From the NCBI GenBank assembly GCA_023213395.1, contig CM041465.1, positions 1,860,001 to 1,924,000 on the forward strand: DNA of 64,000 bases, read 5' to 3'. Position 1 is the stretch's first letter, and each line of letters begins with the position of its first letter. Both the position numbers and the translations under genes were made by a program. A model generated the notes under the pieces. That model had not been told where the DNA came from. It was given only the letters and a program-made list of their open reading frames with translations, and searched no databases. Origin of the DNA: Cycas panzhihuaensis (Eukaryota; Plantae; Cycadophyta). Positions 29,071 through 39,622 of this stretch are shown in pieces.

Positions 29071-29600
29071 TGTTGGATATTGTGACAGCAATAGTTTGAG
29101 GCTAAACTTTTGGCATGTTACTGGCGCGGTTTCCCCTCCTAATCTTTCTCGGGGAGTTCCAAGGGGGGCAGAAGCCCCCCATAGTCGTTCAATACAAATA
29201 CTCTAGATTCTATGGCTAAGATTTATGCCTTGGATGTCCCTCTCATGTAGCCTAATTTAGGGCTTTTCTTATTATGTTGTATGTAATGTAATATACTGTG
29301 ATGAGGGCGGTAGCTAATTGTTGTTCCTAATAACACTCTACTACTGAGATGTACTTTTTCTCCATTTTACAGCAATAAAAATCGATACCTTTCCTGTGCG
29401 GATGTTTCCCTAGTACACTACTAAGGTTTTACCATGTTATATCAGGTGCATATGTGATGTTTGGCTTTCATATTCATGTTATTGTATTATCTCTGAGTTT
29501 AGAACTTGCATGTTAAATTCTAGTTTTGATTCTTGTAACTAGTTGTAAAATAGTTCAGATCTTGTGGCAGTTTAAGGTTTGGGAACTTATATTCTCAACA
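29071..29600 (+). repeat. 5' LTR of H (lacks ~100 bp of the G/C-rich U3 block)
   Basis: Comparison with 33655-34289. Confidence 0.93.
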
Positions 29601-29672
29601 AGTAGTATCAGAGCCACTTTTTTTTTTGTAGTGAGTTTGTGAAAGTTTTTGGTGTCAGCATTTCTACACCAA

Positions 29673-32600
29673 ATGGCAAAACTAGCAGGTGCAAAATTTG
29701 AGGTGGAGAAATTCAATGGCAAGAATAACTTCGAGTTGTGAAAGCTAAAAGTGCATGATATTCTTGTAAACAGGGTTTGTACAAAGCCCTTACAAGTAAA
29801 TCGAAGAAACCCACAGGTATGGACAATGATGAATGGAATGACTTAGACAAAAAGGCACTTAGCACAATATGATTGTGCTTGGCAGATGAAGTCTTGTTTA
29901 ACATCGCACGGGAGGAGATAGCAGTAGGATTATGGACCCGGTTAGAAGGCCTGTATATGACCAAATCAGTAACGAATTGAATCTACCTGAAGAGGCAATT
30001 GTACTCATTACAGATGAAGTAAGGTACAAAAATTGTTGACCATTTAAATATTTTTAATACTCTTATTTGTCAATTGACTAGTATCGATGTTAAAATTGAG
30101 GATGAGGACAAGGCTGTTATCTTGTTATGCTCATTACCTGAATCCTGGGATAATATTATCACCTCAATTAGTTTTAGCACTACATATGTATTGGATTATG
30201 ATTCTATTGTAAGTGCTTTGCTAATAGAAGAAGTGCGGAGGAAATCTAGTCCTGAAACCTCCACACCAGAAGCTATGACGGTAAGGGGTAGAATGTTTGA
30301 GAGAGGACAAAACTCCAGGGATACATTGAGGTCTAAGTCAAAGAGCAAAAAGAGTAACCTCAGGTGTTGGCATTATAATAAGACCAGTCACCTCAAGAAG
30401 GATTTCTACAAAGGAAGGAGTTCCAGAAAAAGGAAGATCTTGCCAAGGAGATGAATCAGGTGGAGTCAAATCAAGGTATAGATGATGATGTCTTGGTCGC
30501 TTGTAATGTTTCTCATTATCACTATGACTGGTTATTAGATTCAGGTGCTTCGCACCATATGTGTCAACACAAGAGTTGGTTCTTATCATACCAACCTCTT
30601 GATGGTGGTGATGTGCTTATGGGAATTGAAGTTTCTTGTAAGATAATTGGCATTGGTAGCATCAGAATTAAGATGTTCGATGGGGTGGTCAGAACATTAA
30701 CTGAGGTTAGACATGTACCTGATCTAGAAAGGAATATGATTTGGTTAGGTGAACTGGATTCAGGTGGTTTTAAGCATACAGGTCATGAAGGAGTCCTAAA
30801 GGTGTCAAAGGGTACCTTGGTTGTTATGAAAGCCTTAAAGAAAGGAAATCTTTACATTTTAGTGGAAAGTACAGATGTCAGCCAAGCAGCTACAGCATCA
30901 AAGACTACAGAAGATCCAGCTTAGTTATGGCATCAGAGACTTGGGCACATGAGTGAGAGAGGACTTAAGGTGCTGATAAACTATAAGTTGCTTCCTAACT
31001 TGCAGCTTTCAGAATTGGCTTTTTGTAAACATTATATTTTTGGAAAGCAGTGTAGACCCAGGTTTAAAGTAGGGACTGACATTAGTAAAGGTGTTCTGGA
31101 TTACATACATTCAGATGTGTGGGGACTAGCCCCTAAAATATCTTATGGAGGATCATTGTACTTTGTCACATTTATAGATGATTACTCTAGGAAGGTATGG
31201 GTCTATTTTTTGAAAAGGAAATCTGAAGTGTTTAGTGTGTTTAAGCAGTTCAAGGCTTTAGTTGAGAACAACACTAGTAAGATAATCAAATGTTTAAGAA
31301 CTGACAATGGAGGTGAGTTTAACTCTTTGGAATTTGAGAACTATTGCAGAGAAGTTGGGATCGGAAGACACAAGATCACTATCTATACTCCGCAGCAAAA
31401 TGGTATTGCTGAGCGCATGAATAAGACACTCTTGGAAAGAGCAAGAAGCATGCTAAGTAATGTAGGAGTGGCGCAGGGCTTGTGGGCAAAAGCTATTCAA
31501 ACAGCTTGTTATCTAGTAAACAGGTCACCATCACTTGCAATAGATTGCAAGATTTCTGAACAAGTATGGACTGGACATCCATATGATTATTCAAATTTAA
31601 AAGTTTTTGGTTATGATGCTTATGCCTGGACTAACAAAAGTAAACGTTCAAAGTTAGACCCAAAATCCAAGAGATATATCTTTGTTGGTTATGGTGATAA
31701 GGATGGTGTGAAGGGATACAAGTTATGGGATCCTACTGCCCACAAAATCACCATTAATAGAGATATCATATTTTATGAATCTCCCATTGTAAAATCAGAC
31801 AATGGAGAAGTTGAAATGAAATAGGAGCAGCAAGATGAACATCAACAAGTCAAGTTTGAAATGCAGCCATTTGTGGAATCAGAAGAGCAAGAAGATCTTT
31901 CTAAAGATGAATCAACAATAGATTCACAGGAGTATGTGGACACTCCTTTGCCAACAGTTAGAAGATCTACATGAGTTAGTCATCCACCTGATAGGTACAA
32001 CCCTTCTATTTCTATTGCTTTGGTTTCTACTGATGGTGAGGGCCACATGTTATCAGGAAGCAGTAGATGATATCCATGGTGAGAAGTGGAAAAGGGCTAT
32101 GTAGGAAGAGATAGATACTTTGAAGAAAAATAATTCATAGGACTTGGTAGAACTTCTACATGGTAGGAAGAATGTTGGTTGCAGGTGGGTTTTCAAAAAG
32201 AAAACAGATGTTGATGGAAAGGTTGATAAATACAGGGCAAGACTGGTGGCTAAAGGTTTTGCACAGAAAGCATGTGTTGACTTTCATGAGATCTTTTCAC
32301 CAGTTATCAAACTTATTTCAATTCGAGTGTTGTTAGCATTGGTAGCTTCTCTCGATTTAGAGTTGGAGTAGTTAGATATAAAAATAACTTTTCTACATAG
32401 AGATTTAGATGAGGAGATCTATATAGATCAACTAGAAGGGTTTGTACAAGATAGCAGGAAAAGACTTGTTTGCAGGCTTAGGAAATCATTGTATGGCCTG
32501 AAGCAATCACCCAGGCAGTGGTACAGTGGTACAAGAAGTTTGATGCCTTTATGGAGAGCCAAAATTTTAAAAGAAGTGAGTATGATCATTGTTTTTACTT

Positions 32601-33606
32601 TAAATTTATGGACAATGGCTTATTCATTATCTTGGTATTATATGTTGATGACATGTTGGTTGCAAGCAAGAGCATGGAAGAAATCAATAAGCTAAAGGCT
32701 CAATTGGCTAGGACTCTTGATATGAAGGATCTAGGAGCTGCAAAATAAATCTTAGGCATGGAGATACACAGAGACAGGAAAAATGGTAAGCTATGGTTAT
32801 CACAGTAGAAATATGTGGAGAAGGTGCTAACCAGGTTTGGTATGGCAAACCTGAAACTAGTGAGTATCCCATTGGCTTCTCACTTCAAGCTTTCTTCAAA
32901 TACGAGTCCTAGTGGTAAAGAAGAAAAGGTTGATATGTCTCGTGTACCTTATGCCAGTGCAGTAGGAAGTTTGATGTATGCCATGGTATGTACAAGACTT
33001 GATATTTCACATGTAGTCAGTGTAGTTAGCAGGTTTATGGCAAATCTAGGAAAGGAACATTGGGTTGTAGTGAAATGGGTGCTTTGGTATTTGAGAGGCA
33101 CAAGTGACTACTGCATCACCTTTAGAGATATAGGTAATCAGGTTTGTGGATATGTCGATTCAGACTTTGTAGGAGATTTAGACAAAAGAAGTTCTACTTC
33201 AGGTTATGTTTTCACTCTTGCAAATAGTCCAGTTAGTTGGATGTCCAAATTGCAGAGCACAATTGTACTGTCAACCACAGAAGCTAATTATATTACTGCA
33301 GCACATGCTTATAAAGAAACAATCTGGTTACAGGGTCTATTGGTTGAGCTTAGAAGGAGACAGGAAAATGTAAAGGTATTTTATGACAGTCAAAGTGTCA
33401 TTTATTTAGCCAAGAATCTAGCGTATCACAGTAGAATAAAGCATATTGCTCTTAAGTACCATTTTGTTAGACAAGTTGTGGAAGCAAGTGGAGAGGCACT
33501 TGAGAAGATTCATACAAATCAAAATTATGTTGATATATTCACAAAACCAGTACCAGTAGAGAAGTTCAAATGGTGTTTGACTTCTCTTCGCTTTCAGAAA
33601 AGATGA
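29673..33606 (+). pseudogene. pol: gag-pol of H, disrupted
   Basis: ORFs 30074-30454 (gag), 30451-30924 (WLLDSGASHHM), 30949-31824 (integrase, LRTDNGGEF), 32518-32748 (LYVDDM), 32815-33606 (RT/RNase H). An 8-bp tandem duplication CAGTGGTA near 32516 causes a frameshift. Confidence 0.95.
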
Positions 33607-33654
33607 TGAAGGGTCCAAGAAAGGTACCGGGTAAATTATTGTCAAGGTGGAGAT

Positions 33655-34289
33655 TATTGGATATTGTGACAATAATAGTTTGAGGCTAAAATTTTGGCAT
33701 GTTACCGGTATAGATTCCCCTCCTAATCTTTCTCGGGGGGTTCCATATGGAGCCCCTTGGTCGGGATGTGGGGGGCGTGGAATGCCCCCTGCTAAGAGGG
33801 GGTTTGGGGGTGATAGCCCCCAACCCAAAAAATTAGCCCTGTAAACCATATTAAAATGTAAAGAGAATCAGGGTCGTTCGATACAAATACCCTAGATTCT
33901 ATGGCTGAGATTTATGCCTTGAATGTCCCTCTCATGTAGCCTGATTTAGGGCTTTTCTTATTATGCTGTATATAATATAATGTACTGTGATGAGTGCGGC
34001 GACTGGTTGTTGTTTCTGAGAGCACTCTACTACTGGGATGTACTTTTTCTCCATTTTACAGTAATAAAGATTGATACCTTTCTTGTGTGGATGTTTTCCT
34101 AGCACACTATTAGGGTTTTACCACGTTATATCGGGTGCATATGTGATGTTTGGCTTTCATATTCATGTTATTGTATTATCTCTAAGTTTAGAACTTGCAT
34201 GTTAAATTCTAGTTTTGATTCTTGTAACTAGTTGCAAAATAGTTTAGATCTTGTGGCGGTTTAAGGTTTAGGACCTTATATTCTCAACA
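33655..34289 (+). repeat. 3' LTR of H
   Basis: Follows the PPT, ends TCAACA. Confidence 0.93.
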
Positions 34290-35499
34290 ATTGTTGTAGT
34301 CATAGTTGTTGTGAGACTTAAAGAGTTTTTGGTCTGTGGTCATCTTGTTCTAATACAAGTTTTTGGAGGAAGTCATTTGTCCATTCCATTCATTGTATAA
34401 TGGAATCAAGACAAGCATTAATGTCATTGCTGGAGTCTCATTTGTTTTCTATTCTTTGTTTCTACTTGTATTCTACTATTTCAAGTTTCGTGAAGCCATA
34501 GCAAACTCCAATATCCAATTTGAGGTTGCTGAGTGAGTTTGGTTTATGTTCTCCAGTATTTAACTTTCTTTTCAGTTCATATGATGATAGGTACTTTCAT
34601 GCAATATATAGGTCTATGATCAATGATCAAGTGTTAATATATCTAGCTTGGGAGGTTAACAATTGTTGTGTATATAAATAGGTTGGTTTATAATTCCATG
34701 GCTTTATATGCTAGATGATAATAATCTCGTTCGTGTCAATAATATAATCACAATCAATTTATATTTTACATATTATGCCTTGTATTGATGGCTTAATATT
34801 TTAGCTAATAATAATCTCTCTTGTGCTATGCAAGTTAGTTGCACAGAGGTAGGTGATTAGGGGATACTAAGGTGGATTATTATGATAAACCAATGGCATT
34901 ATATATTATGTTATGCATGTCAGTTGATTTTTATGGCTTAACGCAAAGGCAGGCACCTTGTATAATAACCGCAAATATAATATTCTTATTGATTTATTTT
35001 CTTATACAGTTGTAAGTACCTATGTTATATATTTCCATATGTCATAGGCTCCCTATATAGTAGCCACTATTAATAATAATCTCATTGATATTCATCATAG
35101 AGGTAATATTCTCTTTGATCGATTTATTGCATAGGTTGATTTATTTTCTTGTTGTGTGCATTCTTTTCCTGTTGTAGGTCCCTTTATTAGATGTGTATAT
35201 GACAACATAATACGATGAATAAGAGATGCAATTAAGTAAGGGTGTGACATTCTATCTTAAGGAACGTGAGAGGTGTCAAGATCCCAAACATGAGAAGAGC
35301 CAAGATCTCGACAGAACACAATAACATATATAATCGATATTAACTAAAATAAAATGTGATGTACTAATTAGACATGAGAGACATTAAGATTTTTACATAA
35401 TGCAATGGAAGATGTAATGAGAGATATGAAGACATGGATGACTCTATATCACCAAGAGGATGCAGACTAAGTATAAGGTAGAAAGCGAGAGAAACGTAT

Positions 35500-35841
35500 A
35501 CATAATATACAAGAAAAATAAAATGAACAACAACAAAACTTGAATTGATCTATTGATATATTAAAAATTGAGTGTGTGCATATAGTAATAACATAAATCC
35601 CTTGCATGAGATAAGAATATGAAGGGGTTGATCATGTAAGGTGATACATAGGACCTTGTATGATCAATTTACAATGATATTGTAAAAAATGTATGCACAA
35701 TAGACCTTACACACTTAGAATCACAATATTAAGTTATGACTAAACTCAACTATGATAATGGGACCATTATAATGCACTAACATAATGTCATCATTTTCAA
35801 CATTAAACATCTAACCATAAATTAAACATTATCTTCCAATA
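35500..35841 (-). repeat. 3' LTR of I (alignable core)
   Basis: Homologous to 38575-38914, PPT adjacent. Confidence 0.85.
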
Positions 35842-36084
35842 TCCCCCCATAATGTTCATTTTTTTACAATAGAAAAAAATTATATCAATCTTCTTCATTA
35901 GAAAATGATATTGATGTCTATATAAAGATATCACCATCCACCAGATCACATAGGTGACCAACCGTTGTGTCCACTAGTTGTCTAGGTAATGTCTTTATAT
36001 ATGTGGTTTATCAACATAGAGTTGATATTTATTTGATGCGTATCTTATGGGAAGATCAAACTACCTGTCTAGAAAAATTCTATA

Positions 36085-36215
36085 AATCTCAACATTCTAT
36101 CAAATAATTTGTGAGTATCATCTATATCGCTACAAATCAGGAGAATGCAAGCGATGGTACACTCATTAGATAGAACACTAGTTGTATCTGGTAATAAAAT
36201 ATCAACATATCCTTA
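36085..36215 (-). pseudogene. PPR (PLS-class-like) gene fragment
   Basis: Manual translation over two frames: MLIFYYQIQL / SVLSNECTIACILLICSDIDDTHKLFDRM, resembling the PPR consensus ..YYQMQ..GV.PN..T....L..C..I.DA.KLFD.M. Confidence 0.55.
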
Positions 36216-36885
36216 AGTGAAGAAAGTGGCATTCATGCCATCTTCTACAAAAAGAAGAAGAAAAAAAAAAAAATACCATTACTGATGACGATGAGAAGGG
36301 AAAATTATTTGTGCCTCTAAAATCAAAAAATAACATTATAAATGACAATAAGGAGGGCAAATTAATTGTACCTCCAAATATAATATTACATTTTGCTAAG
36401 CTAAAATAAATGCAATATTAGAAATATATTTTCATTCTTATAAATATTTTAAATATGCATACTGTAATAGCAACAATAACTATAATTTGTTAATAATGAA
36501 AGGATGGAATACATATATGCTACGTCCTGATGTAGGCTAGTCAATGCCTTTTATAATGACCTCAAAGTTGGAAGTAAGCATTTACAATGCTACTAAATTG
36601 ATTGATCAATAGAACCAACGATGATAACACATCTCCAATAGAACCCAATTCTTGATATTTGACAAATCTATCTACCAGGTCTAAAACAAGGAGAGATTGT
36701 TGTTCAACAACCAACAAAGTAGCAGTATTTTCTTTCTTGAACTAGATTGCTTAATACTATTTTAAGAATAGTCATGTTGTCACCATTTCTCTTATCTCTT
36801 GCATTTGAACTTCCATAAAGTGATTATTCATTCTCTTATATCAAAGCTAGTGTTTGTGGGTATGATCCTACAACTGATGGATAAA

Positions 36886-38274
36886 GACCATCATAGGGTC
36901 CTATATCTCAAATGTAGAGCCTTTATAGATGATATGCTTTACGAGATATAACAACAGATTCTCTGCAAGATCTACCATATAATAATTTCGATTTTCCTCC
37001 TCCATAAATTTGAATTCCATATTTCTAATATCTTCAAGCAGTTTCACACAATAACTTTAGATACTAATAAAGAAGCTCAATAACTTCCAAAACCTTTTCC
37101 AAGCTTGAATTAATAAGTTTTGTGCTAACAACAAAAACGTAGCTTGCTGAACATTGATCCAATCCTCCATCACCAAATTTGATTGATAATGAAGTTGCCC
37201 AACCTTTTGCTTTAAGAAGAGACAACAAGCTTCCATTGTTGTGACTGATGAGATGAGACATATAATCCTCTAGTTTCTTCAAATATTCCTTCTCAAGATA
37301 AGACAATGGCCATGCTACTTTAAAAATGTGCAGATCTTTGATTACTTCTAGCCAACAAATTCTCCCTAGCTCCCAAATAGGTCCCTTCTTATAGAAATTC
37401 AACCTTTCAAAAAAACACCTATTCTAATATTAGCAAATAGCTCCATGACCTATTCCTCTAGGGTATCCAAAGGCTCTCCACGAATAACAACACGTTTTAT
37501 GCATCTAATAAGATAGTGTTGTTTGCACAAATCCAAGATTTTTGCTTGTATGTCAATACCTATTGTTATTAGGTCGATCAAACTTTTTGGATTGCCCTAT
37601 GTCAACCTATTAAAAGGATGCTCTGGATAAGTTGAATGGCACTATAGTTGTTGAAGATGGTAACTATCACTTTGCAAGACTTGATTAAACTCTAAATCTA
37701 TAGTTTGTACTTCACCTTCCATAGCTTCTACTTTCACCAATGGTGAAATAAAAAGTTGTGAAAATTTCTTCAATGTAGGTTTGAGAAATTTATAATTTTC
37801 TTCAAAATAATAGACTATAGACTCATTGTCAATATAAACATTTGATGAGCCTCCATGCCTCGACAAGAAACTATCATACTTATTTTCATCTAGAAATTCA
37901 AAATTCCCTATAAATAGTATGTGTTCTAAAAAATGAATAAGGCCCTGAGCATCCAATGGATCTGATAAGCTCCCAACTTTGGCACACATTATGATTGTTG
38001 CCTTCTTTAGGCAGTGCCTACTCACAAACAACATTCCATCCCCATTCTCCAATGAAAAGGCCTATTCATCGCATCCCTACTTGGTGTCGTCGAGGACATA
38101 ATTTGATGTGAGATTTGAAGGCAATGCTGAAGAGTAGGCAAATATCATAGGGTCATGGACCAAAACGATAGTGAGGCTATTTGAAAGACAAACATATTGA
38201 TATTCTCGCTTGTCATTGGGTGGCCTGATGATTGTTCCCCTTCACTCCACCACTGAATCACAAGCGACCACCAT
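36886..38274 (-). pseudogene. Intronless N-terminal part of a nardilysin-like / insulinase (peptidase M16A) gene
   Basis: IIRPPNDKREYQ..LSNSL..VLVHDP; VGSLSDP..AQGLIHFLEHILF (inverted zinc motif HxxEH); HGGSSN; HPFNR..GNPKSL; LLKAKGWATSLS; collinear for ~1.4 kb with stops and one or more frameshifts, and no introns. Confidence 0.92.
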
Positions 38275-38574
38275 AGCCAAAGGTTCCCCTATAAACAATG
38301 AAGCCACAGTCCAACTCTGAGGAACCTTAGATCGTAAGGGATGGTAAATAGTGGTGGTGCTATCCCAATAAAACCCTATGCAAAAAACATTATTTCTAGT
38401 TAAAGAGAAGGACACTAAGATAGGGTTTTATATATACTGAAAACCTAAGAAGTTTTAGGAGATTGAAATTTATTCTCATGCTTCTTCAAAAAATGATGGT
38501 AAGTACATTATCTTTATGCTCATGGACAAACACATACACCCTATGTTTGAGAGGTGCCATCTTGAGGATACACA

Positions 38575-38914
38575 CTAAATATACAAGGAAAACAAAATGA
38601 ATAACAACATAACTCATATTGATCTATTGATGTATTAAAGCTTGAATGTGTACACATAGTAATAATATAAATATGTTGCATGAGATAGGAATATGAAGGG
38701 TTGATCATGCAAGGTGACACCTGACACCTTGTATGATCATCTTACAATGAGTTACAAAAAATGTATGCACAATAGACCCCACACACTTAGAGTCACAACA
38801 TTAAGTTGTGACTAAACTTAATTGTGACAATAGGACCCTTATAATGCACTAATATAATGTCATCACTTTAAACGTTAAACATCTAACCCATAAATTAAAT
38901 ATTATCTTCCAATA
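38575..38914 (-). repeat. 5' LTR of I (alignable core)
   Basis: Homologous to 35500-35841. Confidence 0.85.
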
Positions 38915-38974
38915 GAGAGAGAGTGGATTATTAGATTATTGAAGTGCCAAGAATCAAACCATTCTAATACCACT

Positions 38975-39176
38975 TTTAATGGATTTGATGTTTCTACAAA
39001 AGTAAATAAAGTTTGATAAACATTTTCTTGAGACAAATTTATTTTATTAAATAAATATGTGCTGTTACAAAAGTTTGGGGTGTATATTTATACTAATGAG
39101 GCACTCCATCATAAAGTCACAACCAATAGTTATTTGTTTGTTAATACTGATAATCTTAGTTTCAAGGCTTACAACA
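38975..39176 (-). repeat. 5' LTR of G
   Basis: Homologous to 28201-28405; PBS and TSD adjacent. Confidence 0.85.
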
Positions 39177-39215
39177 TTATACTTCATGGGCAAAGTATTT
39201 TAAGGAAAGGGGGGT

Positions 39216-39560
39216 TGTTATAAGCCTAATTATATTAATGTGAAGTTTGCTCTAAATAGGCATGTGAAGTTGGTTTTAAGAGAGAGAATAATAAGTTAGT
39301 TTTTTAAAGAGAGAGCATAAATAGGCCCCAACCTATGGCTATAAATAAGGGATCTCTAATTATTTACTATTATCTTTTCGAATATAATTTGTTATATTAG
39401 GATAATGGCTTAGAGCAATTATGGCACTACAATGCCTTAGAGGAATCCTTGTCTTGAACAAGAATTGATCATATGTTATTATTATCCACTAGTTATATTT
39501 TCTAAGTAATAATTGATATATTTTCTGTTGTAAATCTAGTATTGGAGTGGGCATACCACA
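39216..39560 (+). repeat. 3' LTR of B
   Basis: TG...CA after the PPT; homologous to 2218-2596. Confidence 0.82.
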
Positions 39561-39622
39561 CTATCATGTGGTGCTTTGAATGTATACTATAGAGTCATTT
39601 CATTACATATTGACTCAGTAGG

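Larger units (their letters stand above)
29071..34289 (+). mobile_element. Element H: full-length Ty1/copia, Tnt1/Tork-like
   Basis: LTRs 29071-29600 and 33655-34289; TSD ATTAT/ATTGT; PBS AGTAGTATCAGAGCC; PPT CAAGGTGGAGAT; gag start MAKLAGAKFEVEKFNGKNNF. Confidence 0.95.
35267..38914 (-). mobile_element. Element I: non-autonomous LTR element whose interior is captured host-gene sequence
   Basis: Direct repeats clearly align over ~35500-35841 and ~38575-38914, possibly extending to TGAGAGGTG at 35267/38548; PPT ATGGGGGGA abuts 35841. No gag/pol seen. Left boundary, PBS and TSD are uncertain. Confidence 0.75.
28201..39176 (-). mobile_element. Element G: non-autonomous gypsy-derived element with ~200-bp LTRs (~2.1 kb without inserts); hosts H and I
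   Basis: LTRs 28201-28405 and 38975-39176; perfect TSD TTATA; PBS rev-comp TTCTAATACCACT left of 38975; PPT GAAAGGGAAGAGAC preceded by CTTTGAGGACAAAGC; no recognisable RT or integrase. Confidence 0.85.
2218..39560 (+). mobile_element. Element B: non-autonomous gypsy-type LTR element (~3.1 kb once nested C and G are removed)
   Basis: Homologous LTRs 2218-2596 and 39216-39560; PBS-Met AGTGATATTAGAGC 2597-2610; PPT AAGGAAAGGGGGGT before 39216; gag relic (..EPFDPDEG..IVWFYWW..) ~3235-3500. Removing it restores the host gag frame. TSD is degraded (ATATA/CTATC). Confidence 0.7.

Noticed and set aside
33418-33849. 143-aa antisense ORF and 65-aa sense ORF
   Set aside because: They overlap RNase H and the GC-rich LTR of H; open by chance, with no protein motif.
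35930-36010. Copia RNase H tail (..IKTLPRQ) in element I
   Set aside because: The match is only a few residues, too weak to assign a superfamily.
37064-38052. Functional host peptidase gene
   Set aside because: In-frame stops, a frameshift, C-terminal truncation and location between LTRs indicate a captured pseudogene.
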